A stretch of DNA of 64,000 bases from Eledone cirrhosa (lineage: Eukaryota): assembly GCA_964016885.1 (NCBI GenBank), contig OZ024753.1:7812001-7876000 (forward strand). The letters run 5' to 3'. The notes under the pieces were generated by a model. The model did not search any database and was not told the DNA's origin. It saw nothing but the letters and a program-made list of their open reading frames with translations. The position numbers and the translations under genes were made by a program. Below are positions 53,105-64,000 of this stretch, piece after piece (position 1 is the first letter of the stretch; each line of letters opens with the position of its first letter).

Positions 53105-54192
53105 GTTAGGTTATCAGGAAGCTAGACAATGTTGTGTTGTTGTTGTGAGTTTGACAGGTTATCCAGAAGCTAGGAAATGTTGTAGGCATTGTGAGTTTGA
53201 TAGGTTATCAGGAAGCTAGGAAATGTTGTAGTTGTGAGTTTGATAGGTTATCAGGAAGCTAGTAAATGTTGTTGTAGTTGTTGTGAGTTTGATAGGTTAT
53301 CAGGAAGCTAGGAAATTTTGTTGTAGTTGTTGTGAGTTTGACAGGTTATCAGGAAGCTAGGAAATGTTGTTGTAGTTGTTGTGAGTTTGACAGGTTATCG
53401 GGAAGCTAGGAAATGTTGTTGTAGTTGTTGTGAGTTTGATAGGTTATTAGGAAGCTAGGAAATGTTGTTGTAGTTGTTGTGAGTTTGATAGGTTATTAGG
53501 AAGCTAGTAAATGTTGTAGTTGTTGTGAGTTTGATAGGTTATCAGGAAGCTAGGAAATGTTGTTGTAGTTGTTGTGAGTTTGATAGGTTATTAGGAAGCT
53601 AGTAAATGTTGTAGTTGTTGTGAGTTTGTTAGGTTATTAGGAAGCTAGTAAATGTTGTAGTTGTTGTGAGTTTGATAGGTTATCAGGAAGCTAGGAAATG
53701 TTGTTGTAGTTGTTGTGAGTTTGACAGGTTATCGGGAAGCTAGGAAATGTTGTTGTAGTTGTTGTGAGTTTGATAGGTTATTAGGAAGCTAGGAAATGTT
53801 GTTGTAGTTGTTGTGAGTTTGATAGGTTATTAGGAAGCTAGTAAATGTTGTAGTTGTTGTGAGTTTGATAGGTTATCAGGAAGCTAGGAAATGTTGTTGT
53901 AGTTGTTGTGAGTTTGATAGGTTATTAGGAAGCTAGGAAATGTTGTTGTAGTTGTTGTGAGTTTGATAGGTTATCAGGAAGCTAGGAAATGTTGTAGTCA
54001 TTGTGAGTTTGATAGGTTATCAGGAAGCTAGGAAATGTTGTTGTAGTTGTTGTGAGTTTGATAGGTTATTAGGAAGCTAGGAAATGTTGTAGTCATTGTG
54101 AGTTTGACAGGTTATTAGGAAGCTAGATAATGTTAGCTGGACAAGTTGTGTTGTAGTCATGAGTTTGATAGGTTATCAGAAAGCTAGGAAAT
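53105..54192 (+). repeat. 46-49-bp minisatellite GTGAGTTTGATAGGTTATCAGGAAGCTAGGAAATGTTGTTGTAGTTGTT (~23 copies)
   Basis: Direct reading. Confidence 0.95.
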
Positions 54193-55360
54193 TTCCATTT
54201 CTGTTTAAGTCATCCTTTGTCTTCCTCTTGTAGTTTCAGCTGTTAGCAGTTGTAGAAATATGGAATTAATAAGTCATTTGTTTAGTTCAGTTCTTACAGG
54301 AAAAGTCACCAATGATAGATAAATCTCCTTTAGAAGATTATTTTCTTATCTTTCTTGTTTCTATAGCAACAAGGGATTAACTTTTGTACTGTAGATTCTT
54401 GTGATTCAGATAAGTAATGTATGAAAACTGATGACAAAACTCCCACTTCAGTTAGAAATTGTGTAATAATATATTTACAGGTTTGTTATACTACCTTAAT
54501 TGGGCAGAGATATAGTTGATTAAATTAGCCCAGCTCTTGTAAAGGAACGACAGGCAACGCTAAACACTGCAAGATTTGGAATTAAAACACAAAAGAACTG
54601 AGTTGAATATTAAAATGTATTCAGACAAAGCACTACAGAAGTTCTAAATAATGTTATCACATTTCTGTATTGTTGATACGAAATTACTGGTAGTGTACAA
54701 CAACATGGCTGAAGAAAATATTACAGAAATTAAGATATTACCAGATATCAAAAATATATATTGAGTTAAAAACTCACAATAGTCCCTTATAATCAAATTA
54801 GCTCATAGAAAATATTTGTCCATGCCTTATAACGCAGTAGAGAGAGATTAACACAGATATATGCATATGTGACCAAATCACAAGGGACAAAAACCGTCAG
54901 GGTGAAGAAAATACTCTGATAACTATCAACATGCAGACAGCTTTCATCATGTTCTGTGAACCATACTATCTTTAGTCAGTATTTTTTCTTGTTGCCTTAA
55001 TTTGGATTGCCTCGAGAACATGATCTTATGTAAGAAGCTGTCTGATGAGATCATGGCACTGGATACACGGAATCGCGTGGCCACTGTCATCATTGAATAT
55101 GTATCATAGCTTATCAATAAAGGACTTTAACATCTGAAACTACTTCGTATTTTCTTATTCTATATATTAGTCCCAAACAAAAACAAGCCATGGTCAATAA
55201 ACTAAAATGATTTGAAGTATCATCTTTGGTTTGGTACTTGTAGCTGCTGTAGTAACTGGCCTTAATAATTATATTTAAACTCACCCTACAGACTTGAGCT
55301 GCTCAATACCTGAGATATCCTCACCAAACTATTAATACAATACTGTATATATATATATAT

Positions 55361-55686
55361 GTACCCGACCTCCCATGGGTACATGCTGAAGCATATAAAC
55401 AATATGCCCCCACTCCCCCAACCGCAAGGTGGTCGTGGAGGTGCCACGGCAAAAAAGCACCCAGCCCACACTGTAAAGTGGACGTGTAGGCGCCACGAAA
55501 AAGCACCCAGCACTCACTGTAAATGAGGTTGGTGTTAGGAAGGGCATCCAGCTGTAGAAATCAAGCCAGATCAGTTCCTGTATGAGCAAGGCATGGTCAG
55601 CCGACCAGACACTGCCCACAACAGGACAACCCGTCTAACCCATGCTAGCGTGGAAGAACGGACGTAAAAACGGTGATGATGATGAT
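55361..55686 (+). mobile_element. 5'-truncated copy of the RTE LINE at 4402-7820
   Basis: Nearly identical to 7493-7815, including the last ORF codons; inserted in a TA tract. Confidence 0.93.
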
Positions 55687-55694
55687 ATATAAAA

Positions 55695-55765
55695 TTCATT
55701 CTGATGATTGAAGGCAGATGTATGTGCCAAGCTCGTCTGTCTTCGTGAAACCTTTGGTAAATGAA
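55695..55765 (+). ncRNA. Type I hammerhead ribozyme candidate (family B)
   Basis: TTCATT-CTGATGA-long stem II (TGAAGGCAGATG/CGTCTGTCTTCG)-GAAA-CC TTT GG-TA-AATGAA; perfect 6-bp stem I, GUA site. Confidence 0.85.
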
Positions 55766-55840
55766 ATAATTATCTTATGTTGTTTATTACATAACTATAT
55801 ATATATATATATATATATATTTATAGTTTTAATATAGAAG

Positions 55841-55891
55841 AGCTTCTACAGGACTAGAACTGTTTCATTCGTGTGAAATCATCAGGAAGCT
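55841..55891 (-). ncRNA. Type I hammerhead ribozyme candidate (family A)
   Basis: Minus strand AGCTTC-CTGATGA-T TTC ACAC GAA T-GAA-ACAG ttctagtc CTGT-A-GAAGCT. Confidence 0.8.
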
Positions 55892-56032
55892 GGCTGTCCA
55901 AGTAAATTGTAGTATTTATGTCTTTCCTTATCTGGTGGTAGGAGAGGGTGGGGATTGGCATGGGTGTAGGTCATTGGTTGAAGGATTTAAAGAAAAGGGA
56001 GTTCATTAAAAGCTAATTAAAGATATAATATT

Positions 56033-56064
<32 letters not shown>

Positions 56065-56067
<3 letters not shown>

Positions 56068-56292
56068 TCATCATCATCGTTTAACGTCCATCTTCCACGC
56101 TAGCATTGGTTAGACGGGAGTTGTGCCACTTGAGGCAAGGTTGGTCAGGTGACCGTGTCTCGCTCTTATAGGACTATCTGGCAGGCTTTCTACGGCTGGA
56201 TGCCCTTCCTAACACCAACCACATTTACAGTGTGGACTGGGAACTTTTTTACCGTGTTACCTAAACGGCCACATTACAGCGTGGACTGTGAG
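56065..56292 (-). mobile_element. SINE/LINE 3' tail fragment (RTE-B type) in a TA tract
   Basis: (CAT)n CGTTTAACGTCC...; contains one copy of the 112-bp unit seen at 16990-17560. Confidence 0.82.
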
Positions 56293-56406
56293 TATTTTTT
56301 TTTATTTTTTATTTTTTAAATACTGAGTGGCCTGTTGCATTTGCTGCCATAGACAACACAAACTGTAATCGAATTCTGTCAATCGATTGGGTATTGATTA
56401 GGTGAG

Positions 56407-56519
56407 ATCTACTGATGAAGCCACATGTGCTGATTGTTTATTGTTGCATAATAAATGCAGACAATAGATATTGTATACTCTCGTGCTGCATTAAATGTGG
56501 CTGAAACGCGAGTACGGGT
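56407..56519 (+). ncRNA. Hammerhead candidate with extended stem II (family D)
   Basis: CTGATGA 56412-56418, AGCCACAT/ATGTGGCT 8-bp stem II base, GAAA-C GCGA G-TA; stem I weak. Confidence 0.55.
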
Positions 56520-56945
56520 ATAAATTTATAGTAGCCATTTATGTGTTGTATCGAGGTTAATAACTTTGTGTCTACTCTGGGATTTATACGTAACCTTATC
56601 TATTGAGTACACTGAGATGTAACCAGTACTAGCAGGGAAACCTTATGTTAGTCCCATCAACTTTTTATTATACAGAGACAAGGATAAATAAATAAATAAA
56701 ATAAAAATGGCGTAGACATTACAATACAACAGGAGGAAACATAATAGTACCACTGATGTTATTACAGATGCGTGACGAAAGAACTTTGATAGACTATATA
56801 TATATATATATATATATATGTAGGAGGTGAGTTTTATTGTAGTACAATAAAGCAATGCAGATATCGGATAAGAAGCACTCTACAGTTTGTAGGACTGGAG
56901 TATACATAATATAAGATCAAAAGATGGTTAAAGGAGTTCCATGTA

Positions 56946-57006
56946 TTTTATTATGCGCATTTCAAACATCATCATGCAATAATATTTGTGTTTTCATCAG
57001 ATAAAA
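56946..57006 (-). ncRNA. Type I hammerhead ribozyme candidate (family E, left arm)
   Basis: TTTTAT-CTGATGA-AAACA...TGTTT-GAAA-TGCGCA-TA-ATAAAA; palindromic stem III ATGCGCAT. Confidence 0.85.
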
Positions 57007-57126
57007 CAGGAGAACATGATATGAAGGTTAAAAAACACTTGTGGATAGTGCAGTTTTAAATCAACATGTTGATTTAAAACTGCACTATCCACAAGTGTTT
57101 TTTAGCCTTCATATCATGTTCTCCTG

Positions 57127-57193
57127 TTTTATCTGATGAAAACACAAATATTATTGCATGATGATGTTTGTTTTTGAAATGCGCATAATAAAA
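57127..57193 (+). ncRNA. Type I hammerhead ribozyme candidate (family E, right arm)
   Basis: Same fold as the left arm, with a 6-nt insertion at the base of stem II. Confidence 0.75.
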
Positions 57194-57225
57194 TACATGG
57201 AACTCCTTTAACCATCTTTTGATCT

Positions 57226-57256
<31 letters not shown>

Positions 57257-58625
57257 GATAGATCTGTATTTTTAGCCATTGGTTAATCAATGATAAACAT
57301 CAATTGCCAAATAAATTAACTATGGAGATATAAAAGATACAGAAGCGAAAACCAATCAAAACCAAACTGTCAGTGTGTTTTATTATTATTTCTGGCAATG
57401 TTATAACAATATGCCCCTCCCCAAATATAATATAATATATATATATATATTTATATATATATATATTTATATATATATATATATATGATGGCTGCAAATT
57501 CTGCTAAAGTATATTGCAATTGCTTCTCAGATTACAGAAAATGGTGCACTTTTAGGCTACGGCTAGCCACACTTAACAGATCCTGAACAAGCAATGCTTG
57601 AAAGTTTTTTAGGTGGGGAAAGGCCTTGCACTTGACCAATCCCACTCTGTGAGCATCGAAAACACTACTCGAAAAGGAGAACTGGTCAACATCATTGGAT
57701 GCTTCTGAAATCTCAGTATATTTTCAGAGTTTCCCTCTCTTAGAAAGATGTTGTGACAACGACTGGGGGCCTTTCACTCCCAGGGGAAAAAAAAAGAAAG
57801 TACTATTTGGATGGTCGTTGACTCAGCTGAGTTCCTCTGCCCTTAGCTTGGTTTTGTATTTCCTCCCACAGGGTGTCCAAATATCACCCTCCTCACCAAG
57901 TAAGCTTGGTGTGGTTGCCGGTTTAGTCGCTGATGACCTGACCATAAGACAGGTTTTACTGGGTTACATGTTACCAGTAACACTCGCGCGTGACCTGACA
58001 TATCATATATATCATCATCTAATATTAGAGAAAATGGACATTAAATGAAGACGATATCTACATACACACACACATACATATATACACACATACATATATA
58101 CATACACAGACACATACATATATGCAGATTTTCAATTTCTCTATTGCACCATTAATCGTTTCTATGCTGCACAGACTGGATAGTAATAAAAGCTTCAACA
58201 GCTAACCTATTGATTCCTGGGTGTGTATGTGTGGGTATAAATTGGGAGACTTTAGCATATTATTGCATTAACACAGTGATTATTTTGATAGCTAAACTGT
58301 GAAATTCTTGATAAATGATATGTGAAGCATACTAATATGTTCACAATTGAAATGACTTCATTTAAATGCTAATGATGTTTTGACATTTTTAGAATAAATA
58401 ATATTTAAAAATAAAAAAGGTTTTAAGAACTATCTTAGAATATTCATGAATTATTTATTTATTTTATTTATTTTCGTCCAATCAATCTTAATTCAGTCTT
58501 GTTTTATGATGCTATTATCAACAACTTTTCACAAATTTCAGATGTATTTTAAAATTTCATTAATTTTCCCCCCATTAATTGGAAATATAATCATACAGTA
58601 ATTAGTCTAGGATATTTGGCCTTTA

Positions 58626-58661
<36 letters not shown>

Positions 58662-58826
58662 CATCATCATATGTCTCAGTTCCAAGCTGACATGGTTTTG
58701 ACAGTCATGAAGTGTGCTGGCAAACTATGTCTTGCGCATATGTCTTGCGCATATGTCCCATATGGCTGATGTCCTTCTGAATGCCAATAACTTTTCAGAG
58801 TGTACCAGGTGCATTTATCTTGTAGT

Positions 58827-59319
58827 TTAACCTGTTAGCATTTACATATACTGTTATATTTTCAAAGTAAAGGCTTTATCTCACATAATATCGAATGTAT
58901 GAGATTTTATATCATTTATTTTGAGAACAATACCTTAACATCAGTATGAGCAGCAAATTACAGCCGGTTTGAACAGAAAGAGCTGAGAGAATTCTGGCTA
59001 GATATGGTCAGTTTGAATGCTAAAGGGTTAAACAATTGTAAGTCAGGCAATATTAAACAACTAGTTGGCTCTGTGCTGTCAAAAATGATGTTTAACCCTT
59101 TAATGTTCAAACTGGCCAAAACCGGCCAGAATTCTCTACCTCTTTCTGTTGAAACTGGCTGTAACTGGTCACTCAAACTGATGTTACGGTATTGTTCTCA
59201 ATATAAATAATTTCAAAATCTCATAGATTTGATATTATGTGAGATGATTATGTGAGGTAAAGCCTTTACCATGAAAACATAATTTTATATATAGAGTTAT
59301 GTGAATGCTAAAGGGTTAA
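58827..59319. mobile_element. Two M1 MITEs in divergent orientation (58827-59031 minus, 59092-59319 plus)
   Basis: TTAA-flanked M1 termini and body. Confidence 0.8.
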
Positions 59320-59794
59320 TTGTAATATCTATACATAATATAAAAAAAGATGTTGGTTGGTTCTTTCGCACTCACTCACACAAGTCACACAAACACACCC
59401 TTTCCTTCCTCAATCGACATTATCATCATTTCCTTCCTCAGTCATCTCTAGGGTGTGACGGACAAATACACAAGGCTTTTATATTAGTAGATATCGAAAT
59501 ACTGATCTATTCTAAGAAAATCTCAAAGTAATACTTCATCCTTAGAACACTATATATATATATATATATAAATATTTATAGTTGTATGGTTAAATTGTGT
59601 CCATAGGCAGTATGCCGGTTGAGCCCTCAATGCTCGTGCAGAGCAAAGTATAATGCTATAAGAATAAAGGAACAGTATTGCATCATGTGTGTAGAAAATA
59701 TCTATAGGTGTGAAAAATGAAAAGAGTGCTCAATCAGGAAGAGAGCTGATATATTATATTACATATTTATGTTCATACATGGATCTGAGTTAAG

Positions 59795-59935
59795 ATCTAG
59801 CTGTCAAAACAGCCGGAGCTCAGCCATCGGGGTCCTAACTCTTTTCCGATTACCCACTCTACTACTCTAAGTATTGAGTGCTCTGGTGCGTTATGGTCCA
59901 ATTGGTATCTTACCACACCCTTTTTGTTATATATA
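59795..59935 (+). mobile_element. Family G terminal fragment ending in TA
   Basis: Homologous to the reverse complement of 45068-45205 (CTAAGTATTGAGT.CTCTGGTGCGTTATGGTCCA). Confidence 0.65.
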
Positions 59936-60284
59936 TGTATTGTCCCGTAACTTGTGATAGTCGTTGGGCTGCCGTAATGACATACAGTGTTTCTGGAGCA
60001 TTTAAAGCCTGGCGGCGCCCATCCTTCTCCAGGCCTGAGTACAGCAGATTTCTTCCAGAGAAAGATAGAGAGTGAGTGAGTGGAAATGAGAAAGAGATAT
60101 AGAGGAAGAATCGACCCCAGTACTAGACTGGTACATTTTTTTATCAACCTCGAAAGGATAAAAGGCAAAGTTGACCTTGGCGAGATGTAAACTGAAAGGG
60201 CAGAGAACTGGAACAAATGCCCTAAAGCATTCTATCCAACATTCTAACTACTCTGCCAATTGACCGCCTATATTTCCATCCACT

Positions 60285-60460
60285 GTGTCGATGACACAAC
60301 AAAAGGCTCCCAGTCCACACTGTAAAGGTTGTTGGTGTTAGGAAGGGCATCCAGCCGTAGAAAATCTGCCAGAGACATTTCCGTACGAGTGAGACACGGT
60401 TTCCCTACCAATCCCACATCAAATGGAACAAAACCGTCTAACCCAGGCTATGATGATGAT
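60285..60460 (+). mobile_element. Decayed RTE-type SINE tail
   Basis: GTTGGTGTTAGGAAGGGCATCCAGCCGTAGAAA...(GAT)n. Confidence 0.7.
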
Positions 60461-60914
60461 AAATATGTGTATGTGTGTGTGTGTGTACACATTTATGTTT
60501 CTATCTATGCATAAATATAGACCTGCGTGTGTGTGTGTGTGTGCGTGTGTGCAACATCCTTCCACAATAACAATATGGCTGGAACTATTTGTTAGGTCTT
60601 AAGACCGGGAACTGGAGATCTTAACAGTTATTTACTGTTTGCTATTTCAGACATTTAATTTACCAAAGATAGAATAACACAGCAGCAAGCTAGCAAGGTA
60701 GTTTTATACTAACTGTTTCTATGTTGGGTAGATCATGCAATCACAGTTCAGTTATCTTTGTGAGCTGAAATCTGAGAGGAAGAACAAGTTGGTGGAAAAC
60801 AGAGGAAGAAAATTCTGGAAGTTATGAGAAGAAAATAATAATTGAGAAAACTCTTCTAGAAACATTAGTTCTTCTGATTTTTATACCATCTCTAAATATT
60901 CAATAAAAAAAATG

Positions 60915-60919
60915 CTGTG

Positions 60920-60954
<35 letters not shown>

Positions 60955-60965
60955 ATGTAAGGATG

Positions 60966-60998
<33 letters not shown>

Positions 60999-61063
60999 AT
61001 GTATATATATATGTGTGTATGTAAGGATGTATATATATATATGTGCGTGCATGTGTGGATGGA

Positions 61064-61110
<47 letters not shown>

Positions 61111-61182
61111 GTATATATATATACACACATATATATATATATGTGTAAATATGTGTGAGTTTCTATATATGTATTTATATGC

Positions 61183-61215
<33 letters not shown>

Positions 61216-61350
61216 GCTGTATGTATCTGCATGTATATATATATGTATGTGTGTGTGTATTTGTGTTGTGTATGTATATATGATGTGTGTATGTATATAT
61301 GTGTGTATGTGTATGATTATATGTATATGTTTGTATGCGTATATATGTAT
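60915..61350. repeat. TA/TG microsatellite
   Basis: Direct reading. Confidence 0.92.
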
Positions 61351-61656
61351 TCTTGACATTTCTTTTATAAAAGCTAAAATAGAAAAAAATATTTGTTACT
61401 TCTTTCTCAGTTTACGTTATATATTTTTATATATATATATAATGGGGGGGGGGGTAGTAAGAAGGGGTGCAAGTAATAAGAGCGGGGGGAGTAGTAAGAT
61501 GTAGAAGTAATAAGAGCGGGAGTAGTAGTAAGAGGGGGAACAGAGAGAGCTTGCAGAAAAAAAAATCTATTTTGATGATTCTAGTCAATATTTGATCAGA
61601 AAAAGAAAAATGATGATAAATATTTAATTTTGTTTATATATATATCCTTTACAGTA

Positions 61657-61740
<84 letters not shown>

Positions 61741-61844
61741 TATAAAGTAATAATAATAAATGTGAAGACTAAAATCCAAAGAAGGCTCGATAAGGATAAT
61801 ATATATATATAAAAATATATAAAACCGTAGAGCAAATAAATTAA

Positions 61845-62217
61845 TATATATATATATATATTTATATATATATTTTTATATATATATATATTTATATATA
61901 TATTTTTATATATATATATATTTATATATATATTTTTATATATATATATATTTATATATATTTATATATATATATATTTATATATATTTATATATATTTA
62001 TATATATATATATTTATATATTTATATAATCAACTTTTCAAATACAAGTCGATGTTGAACGGTATGTCAAATCTATAAAACTGTCTATATTGTATTTTGT
62101 CTGAGGAAGGCATAGCATATTGTTAATATGATATCCCTGAAATATATATAATGAAATAAATATGATTTTATAAATATAGTTTCCATTTATTTAATATCGT
62201 ATATATATTTATATATT

Positions 62218-62248
<31 letters not shown>

Positions 62249-62251
62249 ATT

Positions 62252-62286
<35 letters not shown>

Positions 62287-62321
62287 ATTTATATATATAT
62301 ATATTTATATATATATATATT

Positions 62322-62402
<81 letters not shown>

Positions 62403-62435
62403 ATTTATATAATTATATATATATATATATATATA
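61845..62435. repeat. (TA)n/(TATTTA)n microsatellite interrupted by a ~170-bp insert (62028-62200)
   Basis: Direct reading. Confidence 0.9.
62093..62158 (+). ncRNA. Type I hammerhead candidate (family H)
   Basis: TATTTTGT-CTGAGGA-AGG...CATATT gtt AATATG...CCT-GAAA-TATATA-TA-ATGAAATA; 8-bp stem I with two G-U pairs; palindromic stem III. Confidence 0.6.
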
Positions 62436-62789
62436 TTATCATATATAAATATTGTAAAATTAATCAGGAATAAAATAATTCTGGCTTTTTATATCATCAT
62501 AGAAATATATTTATCACTAATATATTTATCAACTTCTAGTTTGTTTGCCCTTTATCAGCAATCTGCCTTGTTGCTGCTGCTGTTGTTGACCACATCTATT
62601 TATCCAATCACTATTCACTATTCTATCACAGATACTGCTTTTTTTACATCTCTCTTTTCATGTCACCCTCTGTTGAAAATCTTATGTTTGTATTTACACC
62701 AGTTGTTGAATCAACAAAGAAATATTTTAACTCTAGTGATCCTATATATTAGTCTTTTATTTATCAAACATTTATTTAAACATATAGCT

Positions 62790-63830
62790 TTTAAACTGGC
62801 CATATCTGGCCAGAATTCTCTCATCTTTTTTTGTTCAAACCAGCCATATCCTTGGCCATAATTCTCTCACCTTTTTCTGTTCAAACCAGCCATATCTGGC
62901 CAGAATTCTCTCATCTTTTTCTGTTCAAACCAGCCATATCTGGCCAGAATTCTCTCATCTTTTTTTGTTCAAACCAGCCATATCCTTGGCCATAATTCTC
63001 TCACCTTTTTCTGTTCAAACCAGCCATATCCTTGGCGATAATTCTCTCATCTTTTTCTGTTCAAACCAGCCATATCCTTGGCCATAATTCTCTCACCTTT
63101 TTCTGTTCAAACCAGCTATATCTGGCCAGAATTCTCTCATCTTTTTCTGTTCAAACCAGCTATATCTGGCCAGAATTCTCTCATCTTTTTCTGTTCAAAC
63201 CAGCCATATCTGGCCAGAATTCTCTCACCTTTTTCTGTTCAAACCAGCCATATCTGGCCAGAATTCTCTCACCTTTTTCTGTTCAAACCAGTCATATCTG
63301 GCCAGAATTCTCTCACCTTTTTCTGTTCAAACCAGCCATATCTGGCCAGAATTCTCTCACCTTTTTCTGTTCAAACCAGCCATATCTGGCCAGAATTCTC
63401 TCATCTTTTTGTGTTCAAACCAGCCATATCCTTGGCCATAATTCTCTCACCTTTTTCTGTTCAAACCAGCCATATCCTTGGCCAGAATTCTCTCACCTTT
63501 TTCTGTTCAAACCAGCCATATCTGGCCAGAATTCTCTCACCTTTTTCTGTTCAAACCAGCCATATCTGGCCAGAATTCTCTCACCTTTTTCTGTTCAAAC
63601 CAGCCATATCTGGCCAGAATTCTCTCACCTTTTTCTGTTCAAACCAGCCATATCTGGCCATAATTCTCTCATCTTTTTCTGTTCAAACCAGCCATATCTG
63701 GCCATAATTCTCTCACCTTTTTCTGTTCAAACCAGCCATATCTGGCCAGAATTCTCTTATCTTTTTCTTTTCAAACCAGCTATATCCTTGGCCATAATTC
63801 TCTCACCTTTTTCTGTATAAACTGGCCATA
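62790..63830 (+). repeat. 44/46-bp satellite CCAGCCATATCTGGCCAGAATTCTCTCACCTTTTTCTGTTCAAA (~23 copies) derived from the M1 MITE
   Basis: Unit equals the M1 subterminal segment 32521-32565; a partial M1 follows at 63858-63985. Confidence 0.93.
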
Positions 63831-64000
63831 GTCTTTTATCAAACTTTTATTTAAGCATTTAGCATTTAAACTGGCCATATCCAGCCAGAATTTTCTCACC
63901 TTTTCCTGTTCAAACTGGCCATAACAGCATTCTCATACTGATGTTAAGATATTGTTGTCAAAATAGATAATTTCAAAATATCATAATAAGGCACCTAACC

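Larger units (their letters stand above)
56819..57233. mobile_element. Family E element: 328-bp loop-less palindrome (56906-57233) with a longer minus-strand 3' extension into (TA)n
   Basis: Centre TCAACAT|GTTGA at 57066/57067; arms differ by one substitution and a 6-nt indel. Confidence 0.85.

Noticed and set aside
63032-63820. 262-aa and 209-aa repetitive ORFs
   Set aside because: Translation of a MITE-derived 44/46-bp satellite

Overview
AT-rich, repeat-saturated animal genomic DNA, probably intronic or intergenic. The SINE/LINE repertoire and (TA)n/(TG)n load suggest a cephalopod such as Octopus, which is an inference. I could not support any host protein-coding exon, and nearly all ORFs in the track are microsatellite translations. 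The one real CDS is an intact 1039-aa RTE-clade LINE ORF (4402-7521): APE endonuclease plus reverse transcriptase, with a C4HC3 PHD-like zinc finger inserted in the RT C-terminal region. A three-level nested tandem repeat lies upstream of it, and its 3' UTR/(GAT)n tail is shared with a tRNA-derived SINE family. The window also holds a second tRNA-derived SINE family (>20 copies, often in arrays), piggyBac-, pogo/Tigger- and hAT-like MITEs, decayed CRE, Vingi, RTE and Tx1-like LINE fragments, and many TE-derived minisatellites. The most striking signal is non-coding: about seven sequence-distinct families of short elements that sit in (TA)n microsatellites and carry type I hammerhead ribozyme folds (CUGANGA...GAAA...UH). 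They often occur as head-to-head fold-back palindromes and share a downstream TTGAGT(A/G)C-like motif. This points to a dense population of Penelope-like/retrozyme-like ribozyme retroelements that target TA repeats. All folds were made by eye and need computational and biochemical confirmation.
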